Positions 12,930-25,100 of a DNA stretch of 64,000 nt are shown here, piece by piece. The first letter of the stretch is position 1; every line of letters begins with the position of its first letter. The notes beneath the pieces were generated by a model that saw only the letters and a list, made by a program, of their open reading frames with translations, was not told where the DNA came from and searched no databases. The stretch is from Rhynchobatus australiae. Lineage: Eukaryota. The translations under genes were made by a program, and so were the position numbers. The DNA is taken from assembly GCA_034780895.1 (NCBI GenBank), contig JAUZTB010000065.1, positions 12,991,396-13,055,395 on the forward strand. The letters are read 5' to 3'.

Positions 12930-13500
12930 CTGAGGAGTCATCCAAATGGCCCCTTCAAAGCCTGCTTCGTCATTCAATAATGTCATGGTATCAGATTCCT
13001 TGTTCCCCATAAACCTCAGCTTCCCAAAAGGCCAAATAAGTCTTCCCTCAGCCTTGAACATATTCAACATATGTAGCCCCTACACCTGCCTGGGATAGAG
13101 AAATCCAAGGATTCACAATGCCTTGAGAGAAGAAACTCCCCCCTTATTTCCATATTAAATGGGTAACTCACTATTCTGAAATTATGCTCCCTGTTCTATA
13201 CTTCTGCAGAAAGCAAAATAGCCTTTCAGCATCAATTGTCAAGCCCCTCAGAATTTTCTGTTTCGGTAAGATCTCCTCTTATTCTTCTAAACCTCTAAAT
13301 GAGTACACACCAACCTGGTCAATCGATCCTCATAAGCCAATCCTTTCATCCCAGCATTCCTGTTCTGAACTGCTTCCAACATAAGTGTAATTCCTTCCTA
13401 AATAAGGAGTTGAAACCATACCTGCTACTCCAGGTGTGGTCTTTCCAAAGCCTTCTCTAGCTGCAGCAAGACATCCTTACAACCTCAAAGAACTAATATA
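12930..13500 (-). mobile_element. CR1 LINE 3' fragment
   Basis: ctactccaggtgtggtct (RPHLE on minus) and MLNMFKAE (ORF 12873..13070). Confidence 0.7.
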
Positions 13501-14134
13501 CATGTCAACCACAAACTTCCTTTCATAAAACAGGTTGAATCTGCTTGATTTTCCAAATATTCTGCTACTACGCCCTTAGAGAAAAAAAGGCATTCTTGAT
13601 TTGATTATCACAGAATCTTACACCACTGAAGGCAGCTATTTGGTCCATTGTATTTGTGTTGGTTCAACTGGTTCTGCTCTACAACTCAAGGCAACTTCAA
13701 TGAATCAAAGGAAACACAAGAGACTGCGGGTGCTGGAATCCAGAGCAAAAAGACTAAGTGCTGAAGGAACTCAGTATGTTTTTTGCTTCAGTGAATCAAA
13801 TCCCACTAGGCATTCAAATATCTATGAAATATTATAAAAGGACAGAGAAAGTTAAATTCAACTAGGAAGTAGGACAAAGGGAGACAGCCTCAAAATCAGA
13901 AATGATATCACAAAATTTTTTTCCAAAAAAAATTGATCAGTAATTGGAATAAACTTCCAGGGAGTGTTGCCCATGTGAAAACCTTGGAATTATTTAAGAA
14001 ATAATTGGATCTGGGGTAAAGGCACAACAGAAATTCTTTGGATAGACAAAATAAGATGGGCTGCATGCCTTAGTTATTTATAATATTTGTGACTTTGTCT
14101 GTGATGGAAATAAAATGGGGTTCAGCCACATAGA

Positions 14135-14454
14135 GAGACATTGCACAAATTTAACTTTATTTTTTTTCCGCTTTTGATTTTCTGTCCATTTCTCCACTTT
14201 TGTGAGAAGAAACTGGAATAATTTCTCCTCAGTTCTTTGATAAAACGTTAATGTATCCAGACTTGGCAAAAATAACAGTGTATCCGACTTGCAGTAGTAG
14301 CACTCTCCTTGGCTTTTCCTTTCCTATGCCTTAGCCTGGCCAGTGGGGGTAGGATGAAGGGGGAGGGGGGCAGCAGGAGGATGGGGGTAGTGGTGGAGTT
14401 GCTGGATTAGGGGGAAGAAAGAGCACTGGATCTGTTCTTTATGAACCATTTCTG
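14135..14454 (-). other. ST7: Putative ST7 3' UTR (~300 nt) with a C-rich tract
   Basis: Lies between the TGA at 14455-14457 and the AATAAA at 14156-14161. Non-repetitive. The 3' end is approximate. Confidence 0.6.
14156..14161 (-). terminator. Polyadenylation signal AATAAA for ST7
   Basis: Plus strand tttatt equals minus AATAAA, ~295 nt after the stop. Followed on the minus strand by U/GU-rich sequence (tttgtgcaatgtctctctatgtgg). Confidence 0.6.
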
Positions 14455-14550
14455 TCAGATTCGGGTCAGCAGGTGCCAAAAGCTGGAGGGTAAGACACTC
14501 TCAATCTTTTCCATCACAAAGTTGAAGGGTGCAAAGAGCGTGCTGAAGAA
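14455..14550 (-). CDS. ST7: ST7 terminal coding exon (distal, 16b-like): FFSTLFAPFNFVMEKIESVLPSSFWHLLTRI*
   Basis: Acceptor tttaatgtcttacag|TTCTTCAGCACG, then 31 codons plus TGA. Phase 0 matches the previous exon. Closely resembles the recalled human ST7 isoform end FLSTLFAPLNFVMEKVESILPSSLWHQLTRI. Confidence 0.94.
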   Translation of the reverse strand, partial: FFSTLFAPFNFVMEKIESVLPSSFWHLLTRI

Positions 14551-16647
14551 CTGTAAGACATTAAACAGTAAGGAAGTGACAATTAGAGGTATCCTTATGA
14601 TAAATACACAGAAGCAATATTATAAAACCACAAATACAATTTTTTTGCCTCTTGTAGACGTGTCATACCATACGTCTGAGGGAAACATCAAATTTATTTG
14701 CAAAAATCATTTCCAGACTGTCAAATGACAATGAAAAACTGCATAATTACTGCTCTGGAATGAATTCACAGCAAACATGACTATCATAAAAATAACAGCA
14801 GTCTATAAGAAACTGTTTGAGATACAAGCAGTGGAAGGTTAATGGAGCTTTTTGTTGTTCTGATTATCAATATAATGTTGGACACAAGAATCAAAAGCAT
14901 TAACTTTGCTTTGAGATCACAATAATACTGACCAGGAACTGTAAGCTGATCTGCTCAGTATAATTTTCTTTGCACAAGATATTCTTGGCAGGAGGCTTAA
15001 ATGATTCCAAGGTTTTTCACTTAAGACTATAGGATGCTGTGATGGGGCAGATGAATGGTAGGTTTCTAAATTAATGTACTGATCTACTGACGAGGAAAAA
15101 TTAGCCAGATTCTTGCAGGTTACAGGGTCAGGTTAGATGCTGTGTGCAGGTTGACTGATCAAAAATTTTTTAATGATCTAAGTGTTGTAAATAAAGGGGG
15201 GAAAAGTCATCTTCTGAAAGATACTTTATTATGCAGCCAAGCTTACAGAATCATGCAATAAAATTCACAATATTAGCAAATGATTTGAGTTACTCAGCTG
15301 TGGCTCAGTGGGTACCATGTTCTACCATTACTAGATAACTCTGTCCATGAGTAGCAATGAAAATCTGAATGTGGAGTGTGAGATGAGTTACTGATGTGTT
15401 GGAATGTAAAGTTAGCCCCTATTTATGGATATTGGTTTACATTTCAAAAAAAATCATTTGGACTTTCCCGCCAGGAAAAGGTTGGCCCCGGTCACAACTG
15501 GCTACCTTCATGATACTGTGCCTTCCTGATCCTCGTTCTGGAGCCTTTTGGATTCTCCAATTTACACTTTCTATAACTGGCTTGTATCAGTATCATTTAA
15601 TGACAGAAAAATAAAGTAGCAGTGAAAAATAAACTAAAAGTAGAGTTTGCAACTTTAACATTGAAGTTGTCTGAGAGAGAATACTTGAGTAGCTTCTCTC
15701 CAAATCACATTCAATATGAATTGTTATTCAAGTGCCCTGAAACAGAATGGCAGGGAATTGCAATAGTCTTTGGTTTATTTCCAATATTTACCATCCCTTT
15801 GCATTGCATTAAAGGGAATTTACGTTTGGTGCATGATCTGACTAGCCTCCCACTTTGCACCCTCCAGGAATTAATTCATCCATACCTCCACCTATACCAA
15901 CACTCACACCACGTCTTGTCTACTCATCTTAGAGTCAAAGTCATACACCACAGAAACAGGCCCTTCAGCCCACCATGTCTATGCTGTCCATCAAATACCC
16001 ATCTTTACTAATCTCAGTTAACAGCACTTGGTGCACAGCATTCCATTCCTCGGCCATTCAAATGCTCATCCAGATACTTTATAAATGTCGTGAGAGTATC
16101 TCGCTCTACCAACTTCTTAGTAATGATTGATTATAAAAACCTTTATCTTTATTTTCAAATTCCTCCAGCTTCATCCCTCCCTGTTGTTGTAACCTCCATC
16201 ATCCTTACAAACCTCAGAGATCTCCGCACTCATCTGATTCTGGCCTCTTGCCCATTTCCATTGCTAACCCTTTAACTGCCTTGGTCCTGAATACATAAAT
16301 TTCCTTCCTAACTGTCCACCCCTCTTGTCTCTTTTAAGATAGTTTTTAAAATATGCTCTTTAATCAAGGCCAACTATCCTAAAGCCTCCAATGTGGCTCA
16401 GTAACAGTTTTGGTTAATGCTCCCGCAGTATATTTTGCTCCTTTAAAGATGCTTTATAAATAAAAATTGTTGTCCAGCCAGTACATTACTTAAGATCTAG
16501 CTCCTTAAATGTTAGCATGCACTTGCCACAAAGCAGCCTTTTTGCACTGGCACTGAAGGAGAGTTGTCTGCTTAGTAATAAAAATAATTATGGTGCCTGC
16601 GCCTCAAGCTGCACGTCAAATTAAAGCTGGGCAACAGCCACATATCC

Positions 16648-16740
16648 TGAAACAAAATCACAAAATGCTGGAAATGCTCAGCAGATCATGCAGTATCTGT
16701 ACAGAGAGGAACAGGGCTAACATTTCAGACCTATCATCAC
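16648..16740 (-). mobile_element. Penelope-like pLTR remnant with a degenerate hammerhead core
   Basis: Minus reads gtgatgataggtctgaaatgttagccctgttcctctctgtacagatactgcatgatctgctgagcatttccagcattttg. Confidence 0.55.
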
Positions 16741-17091
16741 TAATCCTGAGCTAGTATTCAGTTGTCTGATCTATGCATCTGAGAACATGAGACTGAATCC
16801 CNNNNNNNNNNNNNNNNNNNNNNNNNNNNNNNNNNNNNNNNNNNNNNNNNNNNNNNNNNNNNNNNNNNNNNNNNNNNNNNNNNNNNNNNNNNNNNNNNNN
16901 NNNNNNNNNNNNNNNNNNNNNNNNNNNNNNNNNNNNNNNNNNNNNNNNNNNNNNNNNNNNNNNNNNNNNNNNNNNNNNNNNNNNNNNNNNNNNNNNNNNN
17001 NNNNNNNNNNNNNNNNNNNNNNNNNNNNNNNNNNNNNNNNNNNNNNNNNNNNNCTAACTGTCATAAAAATCAACTGGTTCACTAATCTGGG

Positions 17092-17207
17092 GAGACAAGA
17101 GTCTGATGGAATCTGGAGCGAAAAACAAACTTCTGGAGGAACTCAGTGGGTCAGGCAGCATCTGAAGAGGGAAACGGACAGTTGATGTTTTGGGTCGAGA
17201 CCTTCAG
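17092..17207 (-). mobile_element. Penelope-like pLTR remnant inserted in an older SINE
   Basis: Minus reads gaaggtctcgacccaaaacatcaactgtcc...cagatgctgcctgacccactgagttcctccag, the same family as 5000-5148. Confidence 0.65.
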
Positions 17208-17644
17208 TTGGCCAGTTAGAGATGGACATTAATTGCTGGCTTTCCCAGCAACATCTGCATCCTTTGAACAAATAAATAAAACTGAAGTGCCAATTCCCTC
17301 AAAGTGATAATGACAGAAACATCAGTTTTAATGATGTTAACTCTAGAGTATGTGTTCTCTCTTTAATGTCTCAGCTGAGAGACAGCAGTTCCAACTGTGC
17401 AGCACCTCTTCAGCACTGGACTAGGAGTTTGATCACATGATCTTAGTACTGCAGCACTTGAAAAAGTCAACTGGCCCAAGATCAAAACATCCTCTTTACT
17501 ACTCTTGCTGGTCTCTCTGGCAAGGGAACAGGTGTACAGATTCAACTTCCTTGAACTATTCCTGCAAGGTACTGAGGACGAATGCAAGAACATGTTTAGA
17601 TGACAGATGGGTAATGTTATCTGCAGCTTATGGAAAATGCTGTA

Positions 17645-17839
17645 TTAAACTCTTGTCTGTTTACCTAATAAAAGGAATACCCCCACACTTTCACTCAAGA
17701 AAACACTGAGGAACTGGTTGAAAGCTCTTGTGATTTTGAAATGTTGAGACTCCAACTCTGTCCAAGCCTTTCTAAAATAATCATCCAAGTTCGGCAAAGG
17801 ACTCCAAGACTTAGAGCACACGTCTGAAATCTTCTGATT
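17645..17839 (-). CDS. ST7: Candidate alternative (proximal, 16a-like) ST7 terminal exon: (NQ)KISDVCSKSWSPLPNLDDYFRKAWTELESQHFKITRAFNQFLSVFLSESVGVFLLLGKQTRV*
   Basis: Non-repetitive ORF in the last intron. Preceded by ccctacttgtcacatcag| with three in-frame phase-0 AG options (exon start 17839, 17833 or 17830). Weak motif similarity (I..CS, F...ELE, SQHF) to the recalled alternative human ST7 tail. Confidence 0.45.
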   Translation of the reverse strand, partial: NQKISDVCSKSWSPLPNLDDYFRKAWTELESQHFKITRAFNQFLSVFLSESVGVFLLLGKQTRV

Positions 17840-18679
17840 CTGATGTGACAAGTAGGGCCAGTGTCTGAATATTCATTACAACTTATTTATATTTTAATCA
17901 GACTACTCTTAACTTTTTCCAAAAGCTCTAGAGAAGGCTGATTACAGAGAATATAAAAAACTGAAACAGACCAATCAGCCTGACAAGTCTGAGCTGACGG
18001 TCAGACTTCTTCCATCTCATATCAGCTTTTCAACACGATTTTCAATACGCTTTTCTCCCTTATGTTTGTTGAGTTTCCTTACTAAAGGATGGAAATGGCT
18101 TGCCTCACCTTTGGTTATGAGTTCTACACTATTATACTCAAAGTAATTCTTCCTTTTTCACACTGGATTTATTAATCACAACCTAGCACCAATATGGCAT
18201 ATTGATTGTAAATGCTGGCTACAAGGAGGCTCTGCCCACAGAGTTAACATCTGGAGACCAAATCAGTAAGTTTTGCAAAATGCAGCCATAACAAAGGCAA
18301 ATTTAAAAAGTGATGACAAAATGCTTCAACAGTTCCTGCACATCCAGTGCGTGAACAATGTAAAACAAAAATCAAACCTCCATGTCTGATCTGATTACAG
18401 ACAATCTAAACCCAACCCAAGACCAAGGATTATAATTGTTTAGGTGCCCTACCTGAATCCAACATGTATAGTTAGGACCCATTAGGCTTAGATCAAGTTT
18501 ATAAGGCCATTGTCACAAGTGTCTAGACTTGGAAAGGCCAGCAATTGCAATTAAGACTTTGGCTCTGCCTGGCAACTGAAACAACACACTGTGTGGAGCT
18601 CCCAACATTTCATAGAACACTACAGCACAGGACAGGACCTTCGGCCCACAATGTTGTGCTGACATTTCATTAGATTGGG

Positions 18680-19109
18680 AGCAGGCCATATAATTGGAGC
18701 ACTAATCTAACCTTCTGTCTGGCATATTGCAGCCTTCTGGACTCTATACCGATTTCTCCAGTTTTAAGTAACTCATTTTTCCTTTCCGTCTGCATCTGAA
18801 CTGGCCATTTCTGCTTGTCATCAATTTTGCTCAGTTTTTCTCTTTCTATTAGTATTGTCTGGCCTACTGGGCATGTCCCACAACCCTACTATAAGCAGCA
18901 CATAACACAAACATTGTGGGCGTGGAACTACCACCTTAGGCCATTTGGTTTTAATTCTACCCATTCCTCCCTAACCTTCTCTGCTACTGAAAACTAACTT
19001 GTCTTTTCTCTTTCCAGTTCTGACAAAAGGTTTAAAGTCTGAAACATTAACAATTCCTTCTTCTACAGATGCTGCCTGACCCCTTAGGTATTTCCAGCAT
19101 TTAGTGTTT
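18680..19109 (+). mobile_element. Penelope-like element 3' end (end of GIY-YIG ORF plus pLTR)
   Basis: Translates ...GILQPSGLYTDFSSFK*, resembling the PLE C-terminal GTLQPxGLNxxF motif. Followed by cagttCTGACAAaagg...tctGAAAcattaac and gatgctgcctgaccc. Confidence 0.7.
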
Positions 19110-20497
19110 NNNNNNNNNNNNNNNNNNNNNNNNNNNNNNNNNNNNNNNNNNNNNNNNNNNNNNNNNNNNNNNNNNNNNNNNNNNNNNNNNNNNNNNNNNN
19201 NNNNNNNNNNNNNNNNNNNNNNNNNNNNNNNNNNNNNNNNNNNNNNNNNNNNNNNNNNNNNNNNNNNNNNNNNNNNNNNNNNNNNNNNNNNNNNNNNNNN
19301 NNNNNNNNNNNNNNNNNNNNNNNNNNNNNNNNNNNNNNNNNNNNNNNNNNNNNNNNNNNNNNNNNNNNNNNNNNNNNNNNNNNNNNNNNNNNNNNNNNNN
19401 NNNNNNNNNNNNNNNNNNNNNNNNNNNNNNNNNNNNNNNNNNNNNNNNNNNNNNNNNNNNNNNNNNNNNNNNNNNNNNNNNNNNNNNNNNNNNNNNNNNN
19501 NNNNNNNNNNNNNNNNNNNNNNNNNNNNNNNNNNNNNNNNNNNNNNNNNNNNNNNNNNNNNNNNNNNNNNNNNNNNNNNNNNCATTAAAATAAATTTTAT
19601 AGTGAACCAGGTGGGTTGAAAGGGAGCACCAGAAACAGGGCCCCTGGTGAGAGGAGAGGGAGAACAGGAACTGGGGCCCTGGAGAGTGGAAGGGAGTGGG
19701 GCTACGTGCTCCCTCCCATTGGGATTTCAGAATAGTAGAATAGTGGATTATTGAAGTTTTACGTAGATAGTGTGTTTTTCAAACCTAGCACGATTTGATA
19801 CAAGGAATGTCATGTCGTGGTAAGTGAAGATGATGGAGGAGAAAGTATCTTTGAAAGGAAATGTAGATAAATATTTCAAGCAGGAGAGAGAAAGGAAGCG
19901 GGGGATAATTTGAGATTGTTCTACTTTGTTTCAACTGGAATTCTTCTTAGAAACAATAACAACTTTATTCCTTAGGCTGAAACATAAGTAATAGCTTTAT
20001 TTGAGACTGTTACCTTCTAACCCTGATACATTGTGAAGCATAAGATGTGTGACCGTCAGCATGAAATAAACTAGTGCCTTGACCCAGCATGAACCCCTTG
20101 ACCTCCCCTGACAAGCCTGTAACTGAATCTCAATGCAAAATAAACTCTTGTTACACATGGACATAATGAAACTCTAGGTGCATCAGAAAATAGCGGAAGT
20201 GTTCAACATTCAATGGAAATTCACAGCACAGTGGAGACAGTTTCTGCCTGTGCTGCTTCTTTCCAATCACCTGCTCTTTCCCGAGAATATGGTTATATTT
20301 CCATTTTGAGCAAACATCGAATTTCCCTTCAAATCTGCTTTCTTCAGGTTGTGCAAGGCAGATCCTAATAACAAACTTTGCTAAAAGTACTCATCTCAAA
20401 TCTTCTGACATCTCAGTCTACTGGTTTGAGACCTTTCATTCAGTGATAGCTATTTCTCCCGATCTACTCGACCAAACTCTGCTCTAATAGTTCCAGG

Positions 20498-20801
20498 TTA
20501 CATAGAACAGTACAGCTTAATATGGGCCCTTCAGACTACGATGTTGTGCCGACCTATAGAAACACCTACTCCTTGATCAATCTAACCCTTCCCTTCTATA
20601 GCCCATAACCCTCCATTTTTCTTGTATCCATGTGCCCATCTAAGAGTCTTTTACATGTCCCTATTGTATCAGCCTCTACCATCATCCCTGGCAGTGCTTT
20701 TCAGAAACCCGCCACTCTCTGTGTAAAGAAACCTACCTCTGACATCTTCCCTATACTTTTCTCCTCTTACCTTAAACTGATGTCCTCTGGTATTGGCCAT
20801 T
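20498..20801 (-). mobile_element. Young CR1 LINE 3' end, truncated by a gap
   Basis: ORF 20669..21052 ends MANTRGHQFKVRGEKYREDVRGRF. Tail reads catagaacagtacagc on plus. Confidence 0.85.
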
Positions 20802-20901
20802 NNNNNNNNNNNNNNNNNNNNNNNNNNNNNNNNNNNNNNNNNNNNNNNNNNNNNNNNNNNNNNNNNNNNNNNNNNNNNNNNNNNNNNNNNNNNNNNNNNN
20901 N

Positions 20902-20995
20902 CCACCCACTGACTGACCGTGTCCCCTGTCACAGCCCCACCCACTGACTGACCGTGTCCCCAGTCAGAGCCCCACCCACTGACTGACCGTGAGTC
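20902..20995. repeat. 35-bp minisatellite (ccacccactgactgaccgtgtcccctgtcacagcc), ~2.6 copies visible next to a gap
   Basis: Direct tandem units start at 20902, 20937 and 20972. Confidence 0.85.
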
Positions 20996-21344
20996 CATCA
21001 AGCAGAACATACGAGAGTCACAAGTTACAGAGCATCTCAGATGAGGTTTCATTTTCCAGTCTGGCTTTCACGTGACCTGAGTTCACAAGACTCTCTCTCT
21101 CTCAGCCGCTCTGAGAATTAGCCCCAGTTTGGAATTCTGCCTCTGGTGGTCCTTGGCTCATTCACACAGGTCAACGCTTTTTGTACAGGCAGGGCTTCAG
21201 CTCCAGCTGAGGGAGTTTACTTCTCTCCCTGGGCAACCGAGACTTCCCAAAGTCAAACATGTAAAAGTAGCTGTTCTCTGTGTCCTGTAGGAGAGAGGAA
21301 GTTGTACATCTCAGCACACATCCCATCCACATTGGTTGGTCCAT

Positions 21345-22115
21345 TCATAGAACAGTCCAGGCCCTTTGGCCCACCATGTTGTGCCGACCTATATAAACCT
21401 ACTCCATGATCAGTCGAACCCCTCCCTCCTACACAGCCCATAACCCTCCATTTTTCTTACATCCATGAGCCTATCTAAGGGTCTTTTACATGTCCCTATT
21501 GTATCAGCCTCTACCACCACCCTCGGCAGTGCGTTCCAGGCACCCACCACTCTCTGTGTAAAGAATCTACCTCTGGCATCTCCGTGAACATTCCTCCTCT
21601 GACCTTAAATGGATGTCCTCTGGTATTGTCTATTACCACACTGGGGAAAAGGTGCTGGCTGTCCACTCTATCTATGCCCCTCATAATCTTGTACACCTCT
21701 ATCAAGTCACCTCTCATCCTGCATTACTCCAAAGAGAAAAGCCTTAACTCGCTAAAACTTTCCTCATAAGACATGTTCTCCAATCCAGGCAGCATCCTGG
21801 TAAATCTCCTCTGCATCCCCTCTAAAGCTTCCACATCCTTCCTATAATGAGGCGATCAGAACTGAACACAATACTCCAAGTGTGGTCTAACTAGAGTTTT
21901 ATAGAACTGCAACATTACCTCGCAGCTGTTGAACTCAATCCCCTGACTAATGAAGGCCAGCACACCATACGCTTTCTTAACCACCCTATCAACTTGCATA
22001 GCAACTTTGAGGGATCTATGGACTTGGACCCCAAGATCCCCATTCCTCCACACTGCTAAGGATACTGCTATTAACGTTGTACTCTGCCTTCAAGTTTGTT
22101 CTTCCGAAGTGTATC
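21345..22115 (-). mobile_element. Relatively young CR1 LINE 3' fragment (RT C-terminus plus 3' UTR)
   Basis: ORFs 21856..22053 (DLGVQVHRSLKVAMQVDRVVKKAYGVLAFI...LVRPHLEYCVQF) and 21511..21717 (RGDLIEVYKIMRGIDRVD...TRGH). Confidence 0.92.
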
Positions 22116-25100
22116 TCTAGACTCTCTAATTTCTCCTTATAACTTAGTCCCTGTACTTGTATCATGCTGTTAAATCTCCTTTGCAGTCCCACCAAGGCCT
22201 GACACCCTTCCTAAAATGCAGAGCCTGGGACTGGACACAATGCTACGCATCTGACCACTGATCTGTTGGGTTTAGTTCAACTTTCTCTGCACTCACACAT
22301 TCAGGAACTGCCACAGCATCCACGATCAACATGCCGAAGACTTCCATTACTACAGGAAACCTACAGTAAGAGCTTTGTTTCAATTTAGCAGCAGCAGCAT
22401 TAGGATTTGAAAATGCTTTGCTGTGAAGTCTTTGATCAGGTCTCACCCAGGACAGTCAATGTGTATTTTTAAAGTAAATGCTCTGTAAGGAGTCAAAATG
22501 GTAGTTATCAAGAGGATGACTGGGCACTTATCGGGTGTCCAAAATTAGGGACTATTAAATCTAAAAATAAATCAGAAGAAAGCTCTTGACTCAAATAGTG
22601 AGAGAGCATGGCACTTGCTACAACATGGAGTGGACGAGGCACATGTCAAGAACACAGTTGCATTTGAGGAGGTCTTTGAAGTGTTTCTTCCAGNNNNNNN
22701 NNNNNNNNNNNNNNNNNNNNNNNNNNNNNNNNNNNNNNNNNNNNNNNNNNNNNNNNNNNNNNNNNNNNNNNNNNNNNNNNNNNNNNNNNNNNNNNNNNNN
22801 NNNNNNNNNNNNNNNNNNNNNNNNNNNNNNNNNNNNNNNNNNNNNNNNNNNNNNNNNNNNNNNNNNNNNNNNNNNNNNNNNNNNNNNNNNNNNNNNNNNN
22901 NNNNNNNNNNNNNNNNNNNNNNNNNNNNNNNNNNNNNNNNNNNNNNNNNNNNNNNNNNNNNNNNNNNNNNNNNNNNNNNNNNNNNNNNNNNNNNNNNNNN
23001 NNNNNNNNNNNNNNNNNNNNNNNNNNNNNNNNNNNNNNNNNNNNNNNNNNNNNNNNNNNNNNNNNNNNNNNNNNNNNNNNNNNNNNNNNNNNNNNNNNNN
23101 NNNNNNNNNNNNNNNNNNNNNNNNNNNNNNNNNNNNNNNNNNNNNNNNNNNNNNNNNNNNNNNNNNNNNNNNNNNNNNNNNNNNNNNNNNNNNNNNNNNN
23201 NNNNNNNNNNNNNNNNNNNNNNNNNNNNNNNNNNNNNNNNNNNNNNNNNNNNNNNNNNNNNNNNNNNNNNNNNNNNNNNNNNNNNNNNNNNNNNNNNNNN
23301 NNNNNNNNNNNNNNNNNNNNNNNNNNNNNNNNNNNNNNNNNNNNNNNNNNNNNNNNNNNNNNNNNNNNNNNNNNNNNNNNNNNNNNNNNNNNNNNNCACT
23401 GCTTCCAAAGACAGAGTAATTAAAATCAGTGATGCATAGGAGGCCAGAATTGGCAGAACACAGATATTTCAGAAGGTTGTAAGGGGTTCCAGAACTAGGG
23501 AGGCAAAGCCTTGAAGGGATCTGAAATCCCAGACGAGACTTAACAGGGAGGTTAATGTGGGTCAATGTGCACAGGAGCAATGAGGGAAACAGACTTGGTG
23601 CATGTTAGATAAAGGCAGTGGTTTAGATTAAGTTAAAGTTTATGGAAGGTGGTCAATGGGTACTCAGCCAGGAATGTCTTGAAACTGTTGGGTTTAGCAG
23701 TAACAAAGGCACGGATGAAAATTTCAAGCGATGAGCAGCCTTTGTTGAAAGAATTACCCCTTGACATGTGTCCTGAACTTGACCCTCACTGAGGATGCAA
23801 TGCCCAGGCCCATGAGTTCACAGGATGGTGCAACTATAAATGGCAGAAGATGGCCATTCAGTTCATTATGTCTGTGCCAACCTTTCACTGCAGCTATCCA
23901 AATTGTTGTTTCAATTATCCTATTAAATCAGCGTTTACACCTGAAATATTTCAGCCTTGCAGACTGTAAATAAAATTGAGGATTGCCAGAAAAAAATTTC
24001 AATTCACTAAATAGACAGGAATAATACAAGCTAAGCAATTTCATTATATACTACAGTAATTATCCAACTGTGGTGAGATTCATACTTAAAATAAACAGAT
24101 GGCCTTACTCAAACCTGCTCACATGTTCATACACTAACTCTATCACAGTTGTTTCATCCAAAGCATTCTTTTGCATTGAAATANNNNNNNNNNNNNNNNN
24201 NNNNNNNNNNNNNNNNNNNNNNNNNNNNNNNNNNNNNNNNNNNNNNNNNNNNNNNNNNNNNNNNNNNNNNNNNNNNNNNNNNNNNNNNNNNNNNNNNNNN
24301 NNNNNNNNNNNNNNNNNNNNNNNNNNNNNNNNNNNNNNNNNNNNNNNNNNNNNNNNNNNNNNNNNNNNNNNNNNNNNNNNNNNNNNNNNNNNNNNNNNNN
24401 NNNNNNNNNNNNNNNNNNNNNNNNNNNNNNNNNNNNNNNNNNNNNNNNNNNNNNNNNNNNNNNNNNNNNNNNNNNNNNNNNNNNNNNNNNNNNNNNNNNN
24501 NNNNNNNNNNNNNNNNNNNNNNNNNNNNNNNNNNNNNNNNNNNNNNNNNNNNNNNNNNNNNNNNNNNNNNNNNNNNNNNNNNNNNNNNNNNNNNNNNNNN
24601 NNNNNNATTACAACCTGTGCTGAACATTGCCAAAATATTGATTGCTTCATCCACACTAAATGTAAACTCAATAGCACCTTCTTGCTGTTTAATACTGAGA
24701 GATGTTGGCTACTGCTTATGTGGTATAGTAAGCTTTGTTTTAATTTATAAAGTAATACCTCAACTGATTTCTTCTTTGCTAACAGCCCACATCTAACTCC
24801 CAGCAAGCCCCAGAACTGCACACCATGCCTCGAGCCTCCAGTCATTTATTCTTACCCATGTATACACTTTCATGACTGAGTCTTAAATAGGTTAACTGGC
24901 TATGCCCAGCAATTGCAAAACAACCCACCCTGACCCACCACAGAAGCAAAAGACAGAGATAAGTAATTTCACAACCAACAGATCAGATCAAAGCTCTGCA
25001 ACCATATCACATCCAGATGTGAATGGTGGCAGACAATTAAATGACAATCAGAGGCTCCAAGTATATTCCTATCCTCAAGATGCCATGCCACCTCTTAAAC

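Noticed and set aside
1-14100. Search for the WNT2 last exon expected downstream of ST7
   Set aside because: No Cys-rich CxCKFHWCC-type frame was found on either strand; WNT2 is presumably outside the window or in a gap.
15290-15330. tRNA-like A-box (tggctcagtgg), and similar A/B boxes elsewhere
   Set aside because: No cloverleaf; these are decayed SINE heads, not tRNA genes.
22301-22360. Possible extra ST7 terminal exon (ctcttactgtag|GTTTCC... giving VSCSNGSLRHVDRGCCGSS*), overlapping ORF 22243..22446
   Set aside because: Weak pyrimidine tract, short product and no resemblance to any ST7 tail I recall; such matches are expected by chance.
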